Of a stretch of 64,000 bases of DNA, positions 20,482 to 31,184 are shown in pieces. The DNA is from Candidatus Terraquivivens yellowstonensis (GTDB lineage Archaea > Thermoproteota > Nitrososphaeria_A > Caldarchaeales > Wolframiiraptoraceae), in NCBI GenBank assembly GCA_023539445.1, contig JAKCEW010000003.1, positions 71,808-135,807 on the forward strand, read 5' to 3'. The notes beneath the pieces were generated by a model that saw nothing but the letters and a program-made list of their open reading frames with translations, did no database searches and was not told the DNA's origin. The position numbers and the translations under genes were made by a program. The first letter of the stretch is position 1. Each line of letters starts with the position of its first letter.

Positions 20482-20508
20482 AAAAAAAATTGGAGGTGGC
20501 AACCCACC
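20482..20508 (-). terminator. Short GC hairpin followed by T8 (candidate terminator of mdh)
   Basis: The minus-strand RNA would read GGUGG-GUUG-CCACC UCCAA UUUUUUUU. It sits between the mdh stop and an AT-rich TATA-like stretch upstream of leuC. Confidence 0.3.
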
Positions 20509-20527
20509 AGCTCATCGGGACGGGGCG

Positions 20528-21442
20528 TCAGAATTGGAGCTGAGATATTGCTGATTTAATAGTCTCGATGCTCTTGAGGAATGCTGTCCTCTCCTCATCA
20601 TTTAATGGAAGCTCTAAGATTTTCTCAACACCGTTCTTACCGATTATGGTCGGAACGACTGCGCAGACGTCTGAAACACCATACTCTCCCTGCAAGTAAG
20701 TCGAAACTGGTATGACGGACTTTGTATCCTTGATGATTGCCTCTGCCATCATGGCAACACCAGCGCCAACCGCATGCGATGCTGACCACTTTTTCAGCTT
20801 TATGATTTCGGCACCCATTTTCTTTGTGCGCTCTATTATTTGCTGGATTTTCTCTTTTGGCATCAAGGATTCTAACGGAACACCACCGACCGTCGTGAAA
20901 CGCGGCAAAAGAACCATAGTGTCTCCATGCTCTCCGATTATCGTTGTGTAAACAGATGAAGCTGCAACGCCCAACTCTTTGGCTATCAGGCTCCTATACC
21001 TCGATGTATCGAGTAGGCCGCTAAACCCGAACACCCTATTCCTCTCGAAACCCGTGACCTTATAGGCAAGATAGGTCATAACGTCAAGCGGATTTGTTAC
21101 TATGATGACTTTTGAGTTTGGTGCGTACTCCTTAATGCCCTTTGAGACCGTCTTTATAACCTCTGAGTTTTTATTGAGTAAGTCAAGCCTGCTCATATCT
21201 GCTGTCCTTATGAAGCCTGCGGGAACTATCACGAGCTCGGATCCGCTCATGTCCCTATAATCATTCGACCCGGAGATGTCTATATCGATGCCAAGCGTGG
21301 TACACATGTGGGTAAGGTCTAAAGCCTCACCTTGTGGCAAACCTTCAATGATGTCTATCAACATAAGATCATCCAGTCCCTTGATGGCTAGGTGGGTTGC
21401 TACTGCAACGCCAACCCTTCCAGTACCCACTATCGTTATCAT
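20528..21442 (-). CDS. mdh: Malate dehydrogenase (LDH-like family)
   Basis: MITIVGTGRVG Rossmann motif, VTNPLDVMT, IGEHGDTMV. The ORF extends to TTG 21451, but ATG 21442 gives the canonical N-terminus. Confidence 0.9.
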   Translation of the reverse strand: MITIVGTGRVGVAVATHLAIKGLDDLMLIDIIEGLPQGEALDLTHMCTTLGIDIDISGSNDYRDMSGSELVIVPAGFIRTADMSRLDLLNKNSEVIKTVSKGIKEYAPNSKVIIVTNPLDVMTYLAYKVTGFERNRVFGFSGLLDTSRYRSLIAKELGVAASSVYTTIIGEHGDTMVLLPRFTTVGGVPLESLMPKEKIQQIIERTKKMGAEIIKLKKWSASHAVGAGVAMMAEAIIKDTKSVIPVSTYLQGEYGVSDVCAVVPTIIGKNGVEKILELPLNDEERTAFLKSIETIKSAISQLQF

Positions 21443-21536
21443 AAGGGTCAAAATCTTTGCATGACGATCTCTGTTAAAAAGTTTGTGTGCCCAGCATAGT
21501 TAAATAATCGCGGGAGACTTTTGTAGATGAAAGAGC

Positions 21537-22445
21537 TTGATAGAACGGGTTCAAGAAGGTGTTTACCTCATAGATACGATGGCACTGGGTGTCAGGAAAT
21601 TTGTCGCTGCGTATCTTCTGGTTGACGAAAAGGCAGCTCTTATCGATACTGGTTATGCCTCATCCCTAGGTGTTCTCTTATCCAGTATTAGGAGTGCGGG
21701 TTTGGAGCCGTCAATGCTTGATTACATCATAGTTACGCACGTTCATTTGGACCATGCAGGCGCCGCCGGCTCGTTGATAAAAACTGCTGAAAATGCAAAG
21801 GTCATCGCTCACCCAAGGGGTATAAAGCACCTCATAGACCCAACGAGGCTAGTTTCCAGCGTAGAAGAAATCTACGGTCAGGCGGCAGTTCACTTTGGAA
21901 AGGTCGAGCCCATACCTCCCGAGCGGATATCTGGTGTTGAGGATTGTGCTCATATATCTTTGGGGAAGTTACGGCTTAGGTTTGTGTACACACAAGGTCA
22001 CGCGCCTCATCACCTTTGCGTTTACGAGGAGACGAACTCTTTACTATTCACGGGTGATTCCGTATCTGGGACGTATCAGGGATTCCCGGTATTTGTACCA
22101 CCCTCCGTCCCTCCGAGCTTTGACCATCTTGTTTTAATAGAGGACCTCAAGCGCTTGATGATGCTGGAACCGAAGCTTTTGATGACACCACACTTTGGCG
22201 TCAGGCAAGGCTCTAAAAAACTCTTTGAGGATGAAATCTCCTTGCTGAACTGGTGGAAAGATTTTATCTCTTCTGAAAAGGAAAAGGGTGGTGACATTAA
22301 GTCGATTACTGATGCGGCCCTTGAGGCTCTAGTTAAAAAGTTCGGCGTGAAAGTAAAGGAAGTACCGGATTATGTGAAGGTGAGCATAAGGCTGGCGGTC
22401 GAGGGCATGTTAGGATACTTGGAAAGGTCAGCTACCAAAGGCTGA
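21537..22445 (+). CDS. MBL-fold metallo-hydrolase
   Basis: THVHLDHAG motif, later QGHAPHH and TGDS. 302 aa. Confidence 0.75.
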   Translation: MIERVQEGVYLIDTMALGVRKFVAAYLLVDEKAALIDTGYASSLGVLLSSIRSAGLEPSMLDYIIVTHVHLDHAGAAGSLIKTAENAKVIAHPRGIKHLIDPTRLVSSVEEIYGQAAVHFGKVEPIPPERISGVEDCAHISLGKLRLRFVYTQGHAPHHLCVYEETNSLLFTGDSVSGTYQGFPVFVPPSVPPSFDHLVLIEDLKRLMMLEPKLLMTPHFGVRQGSKKLFEDEISLLNWWKDFISSEKEKGGDIKSITDAALEALVKKFGVKVKEVPDYVKVSIRLAVEGMLGYLERSATKG

Positions 22446-23232
22446 GTATCTTGATTTCGCTTTCCTTCAGAAGTGCGGCAGCAGGTTTTATCCCATAGTA
22501 TCTGCAGGAGAATAGGGAAAGCAGCTTATTCCCGAACATGAACCTGAACCCTTCAGGCTGTGGCTCATGCGCCCTTACGAGCATCTTAAGCCCATTCCTA
22601 TTCAGGAAATTTTCAAGAACCGATGCGCCGAAGAGTCTGATGCCCGGACCCCTGTAACTTGGAGCGAAATCCATAACGTTCTCGTCCGGGTCGTTCCATA
22701 ACACCTGAACGTATATCGGGTCCACAGGGTCCTCATCACCCTTTGGAAGTCTCCTTAATTGTTCTATGCTTTCCAGACCCTCGGCTATGCCTCCGTGGAG
22801 ACATATTATCTTTCCGTCGAGTATCGCGCAAACTGGCATTTTGGAAAAAACGTCAATAAAGAGCTCGTAGAGGGCTTGTGAGTACCTATTCAACACGACG
22901 TTATAGAACCCATAGTAAAGGTTCATGCTCCTCGATTCATGGTTTCCCCTAAGCAGGACGAGTCTCGATGGATTCTCTATTTTTGCTTTCAGTAATGCAG
23001 ATATGCTTTCTAGTTGGTACGGTCCTCTGTCAACGTAGTCTCCTAAAAAGACTAGGACTCTATTTTGCTCGAGCAGATTCAGCGCCTTAATGACCGAGTC
23101 CTTATCGCCGTGTATATCGCCGATGGCTACACATTCACCCTCTACATCCAACACTTGGGGTTCGCTCTCGAATATTTCCGAGGATTTTACGAGGAGTTTT
23201 ATGAGTTCCCTTTCGTCCAATGGTTCATCCAT
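22432..23232 (-). CDS. PPP-family Ser/Thr protein phosphatase (metallophosphoesterase)
   Basis: GDIHGD, GDYVDRG, GNHE motifs. The 3' end overlaps the convergent MBL gene by 14 nt. Confidence 0.85.
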   Translation of the reverse strand: MDEPLDERELIKLLVKSSEIFESEPQVLDVEGECVAIGDIHGDKDSVIKALNLLEQNRVLVFLGDYVDRGPYQLESISALLKAKIENPSRLVLLRGNHESRSMNLYYGFYNVVLNRYSQALYELFIDVFSKMPVCAILDGKIICLHGGIAEGLESIEQLRRLPKGDEDPVDPIYVQVLWNDPDENVMDFAPSYRGPGIRLFGASVLENFLNRNGLKMLVRAHEPQPEGFRFMFGNKLLSLFSCRYYGIKPAAALLKESEIKILSLW

Positions 23233-23241
23233 TCTGCAGCC

Positions 23242-24120
23242 CTAACCTTTCAAAACATCCTTCAGCAGCTTAGCGACCTCTACCGGTGTTGACGCAACCT
23301 TTACGCCACTCGCCTCGAGTGCCCTTATCTTGCTCTCAGCATCGCCAGTACCCATGGAAATTATGGCGCCCGCGTGTCCCATTCTCTTCCCGGGCGGCGC
23401 GGTCCTGCCCGCGACGAATGCTACAACTGGCTTCTCGTAGTTGATTCTCCTTATGTATTCTGCAGCTCTTTCCTCCATGTCCCCACCTATCTCACCTATC
23501 AGAACGATTGCCTCGGTTTCGTCATCTTCTCTGAACCGCTCTAACATATCGATCATGTTCATGCCGGTGATTGGATCACCGCCGATACCCACTGCGGTAG
23601 ATTGTCCCAGCCCTGCTTTTGTTATGGCATAGGCTATCTCGTAAGTTAGGGTGCCGCTCCTCGACACTATACCGACCTTCCCCTTGGAGAATACGTGACC
23701 GGGCATTATGCCTACCTTAGACTCTCCCGGCGATATTATTCCTGGGCAGTTGGGGCCGATTATAGAAACACCCCTCAGCTTTGCATATCTTATGAACCTC
23801 ATGGAATCATGAACCGGTATGTGCTCCGTTATGAGCACAATGACGTCTATTCCTGCCTCTATGGCTTCATAAACGGCATCTGGGGCGTACGGTGATGGCA
23901 CGAATATAATCGACGTGTTAATCTCGGGGTGCTTGCTCACGGCCTCGTAAACAGAGTCGTAGACTGGGACACCGTAGACGCTCTGGCCACCTTTACCAGG
24001 TGTGACGCCCGCTACAACTTTAGTGCCGTAATCCAGCATCGCCTTGGTGTGGAAGCTACCTTCCCTTCCGGTTATGCCTTGAACGACGACGTGCGTATTT
24101 TTGTCCACCAGCACAGTCAT
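23242..24120 (-). CDS. sucD: Succinyl-CoA synthetase alpha subunit
   Basis: [33 protein letters not shown] (phospho-His loop). Confidence 0.95.
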   Translation of the reverse strand: MTVLVDKNTHVVVQGITGREGSFHTKAMLDYGTKVVAGVTPGKGGQSVYGVPVYDSVYEAVSKHPEINTSIIFVPSPYAPDAVYEAIEAGIDVIVLITEHIPVHDSMRFIRYAKLRGVSIIGPNCPGIISPGESKVGIMPGHVFSKGKVGIVSRSGTLTYEIAYAITKAGLGQSTAVGIGGDPITGMNMIDMLERFREDDETEAIVLIGEIGGDMEERAAEYIRRINYEKPVVAFVAGRTAPPGKRMGHAGAIISMGTGDAESKIRALEASGVKVASTPVEVAKLLKDVLKG

Positions 24121-24122
24121 TC

Positions 24123-25256
24123 TTACATCACCTTAACAAGTGCGACCGCATTTTTGGCCGCATCTTCCATGGAGTCGAACGCTGATATGCCGGCATCACT
24201 TAATATCCTCTTTCCTTCTTCTTCGTTGGTCCCCGTGAGCCTAACGACTAGTTTTTTGTCCTTACCGTAGGTCTTTAGGGCGTTTACGAGGCCCTTTGCA
24301 ACTTCATCGCACCTCGTTATTCCACCTAAGACGTTGACGAGTAGGACCTTTACCTTTGGATGCTTCAATAGTAAGGACGCGGCTTTCTCCACGACTTCCG
24401 CTCTAGCACCACCACCTATGTCCAAAAAGTTGGCCGGCTTTCCGCCGTACAGTTTGACGAGGTCCATCGTCGCCATGGTCAGACCAGCACCGTTTCCGAT
24501 TATCCCGATGTTACCATCAAGCTCAACGTAACTAAAGCCATGCTTCTTTGCTTCTAACTCAAAATCACTTAACTCTGCAGACACGCGCTCAGCAAACTCC
24601 TTCCTTCGGAACAAGGCGTTATCGTCTATTATGACCTTAGCATCTACCGGGACGAGTTTGCCTTCTTTATCCACAGCCAAAGGATTTATCTCCGCAAGCT
24701 CGCAGTCAAAGTCCACGAACAATCTGTAGAGGTTCAGTATGATGTCTTGGAGTACTTTCTTCTGCTCATCAGAAAGATTGATCGTCTCAGTTATCCTTCT
24801 AACGTGGTAGGGCTTTAAGCCTACCAACGGGTCCACGTAGACCCTTATAATCTTCTCTGGGGACTTGGCCGCGAGCTCCTCGATGTCTATGCCTCCCTCA
24901 GAAGATGCCAGTATCGATGCTGCACCAACAGACCTGTCTATCACAATGCTGAGGTAAAGCTCCCTATCTATACCCACGATTTTACTTACGAGTAAAGAGT
25001 TAACCTTCTCGCCCTTTATCTCCGTGCCCAAAAGCTCCTTGGCAAGCTCGTACGCTTCCTGCGGACTTTCGGCGAATTTTATGCCACCTGCCTTCCCCCT
25101 TCCCGCCACCAATACCTGAGCCTTTAGGACGGATTTGCCGCCCAGCCTCTCGGTGATATCTCTCGCCTCTTCTGGCGTTCTCGCTAACCCATACTCCGGC
25201 ACCGGGATGCTATATAGGGAGAACAGCTGCTTTGCCTCATACTCGTACAGCTTCAA
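24123..25256 (-). CDS. sucC: Succinyl-CoA synthetase beta subunit
   Basis: [15 protein letters not shown]-grasp N-terminus, [22 protein letters not shown]. Lies 2 nt upstream of sucD. Confidence 0.95.
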   Translation of the reverse strand: MKLYEYEAKQLFSLYSIPVPEYGLARTPEEARDITERLGGKSVLKAQVLVAGRGKAGGIKFAESPQEAYELAKELLGTEIKGEKVNSLLVSKIVGIDRELYLSIVIDRSVGAASILASSEGGIDIEELAAKSPEKIIRVYVDPLVGLKPYHVRRITETINLSDEQKKVLQDIILNLYRLFVDFDCELAEINPLAVDKEGKLVPVDAKVIIDDNALFRRKEFAERVSAELSDFELEAKKHGFSYVELDGNIGIIGNGAGLTMATMDLVKLYGGKPANFLDIGGGARAEVVEKAASLLLKHPKVKVLLVNVLGGITRCDEVAKGLVNALKTYGKDKKLVVRLTGTNEEEGKRILSDAGISAFDSMEDAAKNAVALVKVM

Positions 25257-25377
25257 CTTTTTCTCATAATGCCGTCCATGTTGTTAGGTATAAACGTTAA
25301 TTTTTTTATGTAAGACGCGCCAACGTCGGATAGCCAAAGTTTAAAAACCTTGCGATAAATCATCTTGGTGGAATCCG

Positions 25378-25689
25378 ATGAGCGAATGGGGAAGGTTCTG
25401 GGTTAAGCTGCACCATTCAAAGACTGGGGAGGTAGTTGCGGCGATCTGCGACGAGGAGCTTCTCGGCAAGAGAATAACTACAGAGAAGGGTTTCGAGATA
25501 AAGGTTGACAACTCGTTTTATGGGGGCGTCTTGGTTGAGGGTGAGGGGGTTATCCGCTACATAGAGCAAGCCACAATAATAAACCTCCTTGGAAATAGGA
25601 TAGTCGGCATGCTGATAAGCAAGGGCCTCATCCGTGAGAGCGCCACAATAAGGGTCGGCGGCATAATGCATGTGCAGATGTTCTACTAA
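25378..25689 (+). CDS. DUF424-like small archaeal protein
   Basis: FWVKLHHSKTGEVVAAICDEELLGK...FYGG pattern typical of the family. 103 aa. Confidence 0.55.
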   Translation: MSEWGRFWVKLHHSKTGEVVAAICDEELLGKRITTEKGFEIKVDNSFYGGVLVEGEGVIRYIEQATIINLLGNRIVGMLISKGLIRESATIRVGGIMHVQMFY

Positions 25690-26909
25690 TTCAGTTGTTT
25701 CTTTACGATGTTCTCTACCTCTCTTATGGATAGCCCAGTTTCCCGTGCTATCGTTCTGAGGTCTTCAAACTCCGGCTTCAAGGTTAAGGGCTCTCCCCCG
25801 GGAAGGAAGGACCTCTTGACCCTCACCTTAAAAATTCTGCCAGCCACACATACGTCAACCAAGGATTCTTCCCTCGCGGCTACAAACCTTCCAACTGTTA
25901 AGAACCTAACACCTAACGTACCGAGCTCCCGCATTATCATACGTGCAAAGTTCGCCTCGTAACCCTTTTTGCTCAATACCCTAAGTATGCTGGTAGGTCT
26001 TCCCTTCTTGCCGATTGCCTGTATAACGCTCACGTCCAAGGCGCCCTCAGACAACAACTTCTCTGCAACGTAAGCGAGTGATTCGCCGGGAACGTCGTCG
26101 ACGTTCGTCTCGAGCATCATTATCTCCTCAACATTTCCACGAACCTCCTGCTCCTGACCGAGTAACAAGCGTAGCACAGATGGTCTTCCAGCATGCAACA
26201 TCGAGCCTGCTCCGTAGCCTATTTTCTCCACGACCATCGGCGGATAATCTTGGATTATTCTGCTTGATATGGATGCCAAAAGTGCCACACCAGTGGGCGT
26301 AGCCAGCTCACCCTCAACAGGACCGCCGCTGAAAGGGATTCCAGAAAGCCTAAGGAGCTCCAAAGTGACCGGGGCTGGTGCCGGAAAAGTTCCATGGGAC
26401 ATTCTTAAAATCCCACTACCTACCGCCACCCTCGTCGTCGCTATCATTTCTCTGCTCAAACCAAGAGAGTCTAAAGCAACTGCCACGCCGATTATGTCCG
26501 CAACGGTGTCTGCCATTCCGAGCTCATGAAGGTGTACGGATTCGATGGGTTCACCATGGACGTTGGCCTCGGCCCTTGCGAGAAGCTCTATGGCATCGAT
26601 GGCGATGGTGGCTGTACGCTTTGACAGGTTTAGGTCAGATACGCAGCCCTTAACAGCATCGAGTAGCGCGGTGGCTGGTCTTGAATCCACAACATCCTCG
26701 ACAATTATCTTGACCCTTTTCGCCCTTAATTCGTCAACGTAAACATCCTCCGACCTGAACGTCACATTCTTGCAACCGTCCAAGAATTTAGGAATACGTT
26801 CGATAGCTCGCTTGACAGCTTCTTCATCCGCGCCGATATCTAGCAAAGCTGCTAGAAGCATATCGCCAGATATGCCGGAAAATGAGCAATCAACGATCAT
26901 GAGTTTCAA
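25686..26909 (-). CDS. larC: LarC-family nickel insertion protein (DUF111)
   Basis: N-terminal FSGISGDMLLAALLDIGAD, HLHELGMADTVADIIG. 407 aa. Confidence 0.85.
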   Translation of the reverse strand: MKLMIVDCSFSGISGDMLLAALLDIGADEEAVKRAIERIPKFLDGCKNVTFRSEDVYVDELRAKRVKIIVEDVVDSRPATALLDAVKGCVSDLNLSKRTATIAIDAIELLARAEANVHGEPIESVHLHELGMADTVADIIGVAVALDSLGLSREMIATTRVAVGSGILRMSHGTFPAPAPVTLELLRLSGIPFSGGPVEGELATPTGVALLASISSRIIQDYPPMVVEKIGYGAGSMLHAGRPSVLRLLLGQEQEVRGNVEEIMMLETNVDDVPGESLAYVAEKLLSEGALDVSVIQAIGKKGRPTSILRVLSKKGYEANFARMIMRELGTLGVRFLTVGRFVAAREESLVDVCVAGRIFKVRVKRSFLPGGEPLTLKPEFEDLRTIARETGLSIREVENIVKKQLN

Positions 26910-26967
26910 GGTCTTTCAATCTTCGAGTTTTATCGTCTTCCTCGTTAATAATATTTGTCACGTAACT

Positions 26968-27984
26968 TCAAGGTTTTAGAAGCAGCCTACCGACAGATTC
27001 TTTCCGGCGCATCTTTTCCATAGCATCATAGATTTTCTCGAGTGGATAGACAGTTACCACAGGCCTTACCTTTCCATCTGCAGTGAGCTTGAGCGCATCC
27101 TCCAAATCCTTCTTTGTGGCGGCTATCGTGCCTGCTATGGAATTCGCCTTTAAGATTATCAGCCCAAGCGGAACCTCAACGGATGACGCAGTTACATTGC
27201 CCACTACGACCATCCTGCCACCCCATGCCAAACACCTCAGGCTCTTTTCAAAGGTAGGCTGACCAACCGCCTCCAGTACGACATCTACACCATCATCGCC
27301 AGTAAGCCTTTTGACCTTCTCGACCATCTTGTCGTCAGAGAGTAGAACCTCGTCAGCTCCCGCTTCCATTATATACTTGAACTTTTCTTCCGAGCTCGTT
27401 GCTGCTATTACCTTACAGCCAAGGGCCTTTGCGACTTGAACCGCATGGATTCCTACACCGCCACCAGCACCCGTTATTAGCACAGATTCGTCCTGCTTGA
27501 CCTTTGCTACATGTCTGAACGCGCGCAGCACCATGCCCGTCACGCATGATGCTATCGCCGCTCCCTCTGGAGTGACGTTATCCGGCACCTTCACTAGGCT
27601 CCTCTCATGGACCTTCACCATCTGGGCAAACGAGCCATTTATCTCCTCGCCGAATGTGAGCCTTTGCTTGCATAGGTTCTCATTTCCAGATTTGCAATAC
27701 TTGCACTTGCCACACGGAATGTACGTCAGCGATGCAACCCTGTCGCCAGGCTTGAAGTCCACGACGTCTTCACCGACCGCTAACACCTTTCCGGCTATCT
27801 CGTGGCCCAAGATTATTGGAAGCTTCGTTCTTGGGAAATATCCATCAATCGTTAGCAAGTCCCTGTAACAAAGACCAGACATCTCAACTTCTAGCAGAAC
27901 CTCATTAGAACCTAAAGACGGGTCGAGCTCAAGATCCGTTAATTCAGGCAACTCCTTAAACTTCTTGAGAAGGACTGCCCTCAA
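26968..27984 (-). CDS. Zinc-type medium-chain alcohol dehydrogenase/reductase
   Basis: GHEIAGKV, structural-zinc lobe CGKCKYCKSGNENLC, GAGGGVG. Confidence 0.85.
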   Translation of the reverse strand: MRAVLLKKFKELPELTDLELDPSLGSNEVLLEVEMSGLCYRDLLTIDGYFPRTKLPIILGHEIAGKVLAVGEDVVDFKPGDRVASLTYIPCGKCKYCKSGNENLCKQRLTFGEEINGSFAQMVKVHERSLVKVPDNVTPEGAAIASCVTGMVLRAFRHVAKVKQDESVLITGAGGGVGIHAVQVAKALGCKVIAATSSEEKFKYIMEAGADEVLLSDDKMVEKVKRLTGDDGVDVVLEAVGQPTFEKSLRCLAWGGRMVVVGNVTASSVEVPLGLIILKANSIAGTIAATKKDLEDALKLTADGKVRPVVTVYPLEKIYDAMEKMRRKESVGRLLLKP

Positions 27985-28033
27985 TATTCATCAGACGGTT
28001 TTCTTAACATGGCCATATATATGTTGACCGGTT

Positions 28034-28663
28034 CTAACGTTCCTTTCCCAAAAGCTCGTAAGCAGCTGCCAACGCACCATACAATGCCTTAATCCTATCG
28101 TTCGAGCCTGCTATGAGTACGACATCACCATCGGATGGTTTAAAGGAAGACATTATCATCGATGCAAAGTTCGGTTGCTCCTCGCTCAGATTGCTGACGC
28201 CTGGCATTAGCAGATTCCCTTCTTGCATAGCTATTACCATGGCGGCATCCGCGCCTGCCCTTATCGCGGCATCCCTCTCTTCCAAACCCGTCCTCAATAG
28301 TTTGGCCATGCCCTTCACTTTTACACCAATGCTGTACCGATAGTTCCAAGGCATATTCCCATTAAGCTCAACGAATTCGCCTATCTTTTTCCTCAATGCT
28401 TCATAAAGCTCCCTACCTTTCTCGGTTAAGCTACAACCCGAGCGGTCTACCTTGACGAGAGAGTGTTTCTTAAGCCTATTGATAACTGTCCTGATAGCAC
28501 CCTCGCCTATACCGAGCTCTTCTGTGAACCTTTTCCTACCGAGGCTCCCCTTATCTCCCAAAACAAGGAGCGCCATGATAATGTGCGGAGCTGTGAAGGA
28601 TGGTGATGGGCCTGGTGCTTTTCCTCTAGCGAGCTGACCTATCTGCTCGTGAATGCTCAGCAC
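28034..28663 (-). CDS. Winged-helix + DUF4443-like archaeal protein (putative regulator)
   Basis: N-terminal wHTH-like segment (LGRKRFTEELGIGEGAIRTVINRLKKHSLV) followed by a conserved C-terminal domain. Family assignment is from memory. Confidence 0.5.
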   Translation of the reverse strand: MLSIHEQIGQLARGKAPGPSPSFTAPHIIMALLVLGDKGSLGRKRFTEELGIGEGAIRTVINRLKKHSLVKVDRSGCSLTEKGRELYEALRKKIGEFVELNGNMPWNYRYSIGVKVKGMAKLLRTGLEERDAAIRAGADAAMVIAMQEGNLLMPGVSNLSEEQPNFASMIMSSFKPSDGDVVLIAGSNDRIKALYGALAAAYELLGKER

Positions 28664-28727
28664 GTCAGAGATTATTTTGACCCGAAATATAGAGATTTAA
28701 TGCCGCGGTAGAGGAATTTGTAGCATT

Positions 28728-29645
28728 TTAGGAGGCGCGGCCGAGCACCATGTTAATCAGCCTTTTTTTATTCAAGGGTTCGAGATCGCCTAGCCCTTGC
28801 CCGGTTCCTACGAACAGTATCGGCTTCCCCGTCATGTAGCTGACGGATATCGCAGAACCTCCCTTCGTGTCAGCATCCAACTTCGCCAGAATTATATAAT
28901 CTATACCGACGTACTCATTGAACCTCCTAACCTGCTCGACGACGACGTTGCCTGCGAGAGCGTCACCTACGTATATTACCACATCCGGATTTGATACCTT
29001 CTTGATTTTCCTCATCTCTTCGAGAAGGTTCTTGTCGACCTCCGTCCTGCCCGCAGTATCTATTAGAACTGTGCTGACTTTCGCCGCCTTTGCGGCTTCT
29101 ATAGCATCCAAAGCTACGGCCGCCGGGTCTCCGCCATATTTATGGCTTACAACCCTTACTCCAACCCTTTCGGCAAGACCCTTTAGCTGTTCGACTGCTC
29201 CAGCCCTGTATGTATCGCTGCATGCTATTATCGAATTCAGACCCTTAGACTTCAGGTAGTTCGATACCTTTACAACGCTCGTCGTCTTTCCGCCACCGTT
29301 CGGGCCGACGAAGAGTACGACTGTAGGCTTGCCCGAGCGGTAATTGGACATGACCAAGTTTACGAAGGAGCTGTCCGGATCAACCTCCAATATCACTGAG
29401 CTGATGCTCTCTTCTAAAACTTGCATGACTGCTTCCTTGTGTTCCGAGAATCTAGGAACCTTCAACGTTCTCAGACGTTCTACGACTTCCATCGCCAACT
29501 TCTCGGCAACCTCAACAGCCACATCGCTAGCAATCAGTTGTAGCTTGAAGTCCTCGACATACTTTTTTATATCGCCTTCTGAAAGTGTGGTCGTCTTTAT
29601 CCTATCCGCAAGGCTTGCGAACGCTCTCTTAACGCCCTCCAGCAT
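28728..29645 (-). CDS. ftsY: Signal recognition particle receptor FtsY
   Basis: GPNGGGKTTS (G1), DTAGR (G3), AKLDAD (G4). Short N-terminal domain. Confidence 0.9.
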   Translation of the reverse strand: MLEGVKRAFASLADRIKTTTLSEGDIKKYVEDFKLQLIASDVAVEVAEKLAMEVVERLRTLKVPRFSEHKEAVMQVLEESISSVILEVDPDSSFVNLVMSNYRSGKPTVVLFVGPNGGGKTTSVVKVSNYLKSKGLNSIIACSDTYRAGAVEQLKGLAERVGVRVVSHKYGGDPAAVALDAIEAAKAAKVSTVLIDTAGRTEVDKNLLEEMRKIKKVSNPDVVIYVGDALAGNVVVEQVRRFNEYVGIDYIILAKLDADTKGGSAISVSYMTGKPILFVGTGQGLGDLEPLNKKRLINMVLGRAS

Positions 29646-30055
29646 TACTCGGTCCTCACACTCTCCAAAAACCTTCTAAGCTCTGCAGCTCTATTGAGAT
29701 GTTCCTGAAGCCTTTGCAAATATGCTTCCTTCATGCGTATCAGGTTGTCCTTTCTCTTCAGCATTATTTGATAACCCTCGTCCAAGGACTTTGTAATAAT
29801 GACGTCGGCGCCCACGCTCACCTCCATCTTATCAGTAGACGTTATGATACCATGTACGAAGTTTCCGCCACCTATCGGTATCAAGACCTCCATACTGCCC
29901 TCAGCCTTCTTCATTTCTTCTATGAATGATATAGCGTTCTCATGCTCCCTCAGCGCCGCATCAAGTGTTGCTAATCTTAGCTGAAATTCGTTGACTATCT
30001 GCTCTATTATCTGAAGTTCTGCAATCGCCCTAGCAACTTGCTCCTTAGACGCCAC
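29645..30055 (-). CDS. pfdA: Prefoldin alpha subunit
   Basis: 136 aa with coiled-coil arms flanking a central beta region. 1-nt overlap with ftsY, which is the conserved archaeal pfdA-ftsY arrangement. Confidence 0.7.
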   Translation of the reverse strand: MASKEQVARAIAELQIIEQIVNEFQLRLATLDAALREHENAISFIEEMKKAEGSMEVLIPIGGGNFVHGIITSTDKMEVSVGADVIITKSLDEGYQIMLKRKDNLIRMKEAYLQRLQEHLNRAAELRRFLESVRTE

Positions 30056-30132
30056 AACCTAAACCTCCAACAGCGATACATAACCCGATTTATTTCTTAT
30101 TTTTAAATGTGTTTGATAACTTTTTAGCCATC

Positions 30133-31170
30133 TCATGCTATATAATAGAGCTTTTGTCTCGCATCCCGAAGAAGCGGCTTCCTTTTTACCATTCCCTTGC
30201 CTATCAACAGCGCCAAGGCCTGCCTCATCGTCCTGTCGGGCAACATTGTCTTCCTTACCAGCTCCCTATGCGTAAGGGGTCCTTCGTACTCGAGTGTCTT
30301 AAGGATCAGTTTAGCACTTGGAGGTATTTTTAATAACTCCTCGGCGAGCTGCACCTTCTTCGCCATCTTCTCCAAAACGTAGGAGCTGCCCGGTAACCTC
30401 ACCAGCCGTGCCGGGACGTCATGCTTTTTGATGCACACTTTGTTACTGACTTTGAGTCTAATCGTGCCGTCTATGACCACCTCGCACCTCGCTCTTGCAT
30501 GTATGCCATTTATGAAGATTTTAGAGTCATCCGGTACGATCAACGGTCTTCTTGTGACGTCTAAGGAGTTAACGGGCACTATCACGAGCACCTTTGACCT
30601 GTGAGCAACCATAGGCCCACCGGCGGATAATGCGTAAGCGCTCGAGCCTAAAGGTGTCGATATTATCACACCATCGCTATAATCCCTCCACACGATTTCA
30701 TCATCGACCGTCAATGTGTACTCCATTATTGTAGCACTCTTCGAGGGGAAGATTGCAGCTTCATTCACCGCAGGCAGAACGTTTTTGTCATCCACAGAGA
30801 CCGAGAGACGTGTGTTCTCCTCAACGACGAATCTCTTTTTTTGTAAATTCTCGAGTGCACGCGGTAGGTCCTTTACTGATATCTCTGTTAAGAACCCCCT
30901 AGTCTCCGTTTCGCATACGCCAAGCACGGGCACGTGCCTTGAGCCGAGCTCATGGAAAGCCTTTAGGACGTCGCTATCCGTTCCGACAACGATTGCTATA
31001 TCATCCTCCGTGTACTCGGCGTCTGCTAGACTTTTCAAGGCCCTGTATTCCATGTTGAATGTCTCTATGGTTGCGCATACCTCCGCGGCCAGCTTTTCAG
31101 ATCTGTTCGGTATCCTAATGTAGAGCAAAGACACGCACCGGCTTCCAACCAAGAATGGAGTTTTAACCAA
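30133..31170 (-). CDS. nadK: NAD kinase with C-terminal winged-helix extension
   Basis: AVNEAAIF, DGVIISTPLGSSAYALSAGGPMV, TRGFLTE. The GGDGT motif is replaced by GTDSD. The C-terminal ~65 aa (LILKTLEYEGPLTHRELVRKTMLPDRTMRQALALLIGKGMVKRK) looks like a wHTH. TTG start. Confidence 0.8.
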   Translation of the reverse strand: MVKTPFLVGSRCVSLLYIRIPNRSEKLAAEVCATIETFNMEYRALKSLADAEYTEDDIAIVVGTDSDVLKAFHELGSRHVPVLGVCETETRGFLTEISVKDLPRALENLQKKRFVVEENTRLSVSVDDKNVLPAVNEAAIFPSKSATIMEYTLTVDDEIVWRDYSDGVIISTPLGSSAYALSAGGPMVAHRSKVLVIVPVNSLDVTRRPLIVPDDSKIFINGIHARARCEVVIDGTIRLKVSNKVCIKKHDVPARLVRLPGSSYVLEKMAKKVQLAEELLKIPPSAKLILKTLEYEGPLTHRELVRKTMLPDRTMRQALALLIGKGMVKRKPLLRDARQKLYYIA

Positions 31171-31184
31171 TCGTTATAAAAGCC

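Noticed and set aside
25686-26909. LarC without LarB/LarE/LarA neighbours, and likewise TldD (42941..44389) without an adjacent PmbA partner.
   Set aside because: Absence from a 64-kb window says nothing about the genome. Partners are often encoded elsewhere in archaea.
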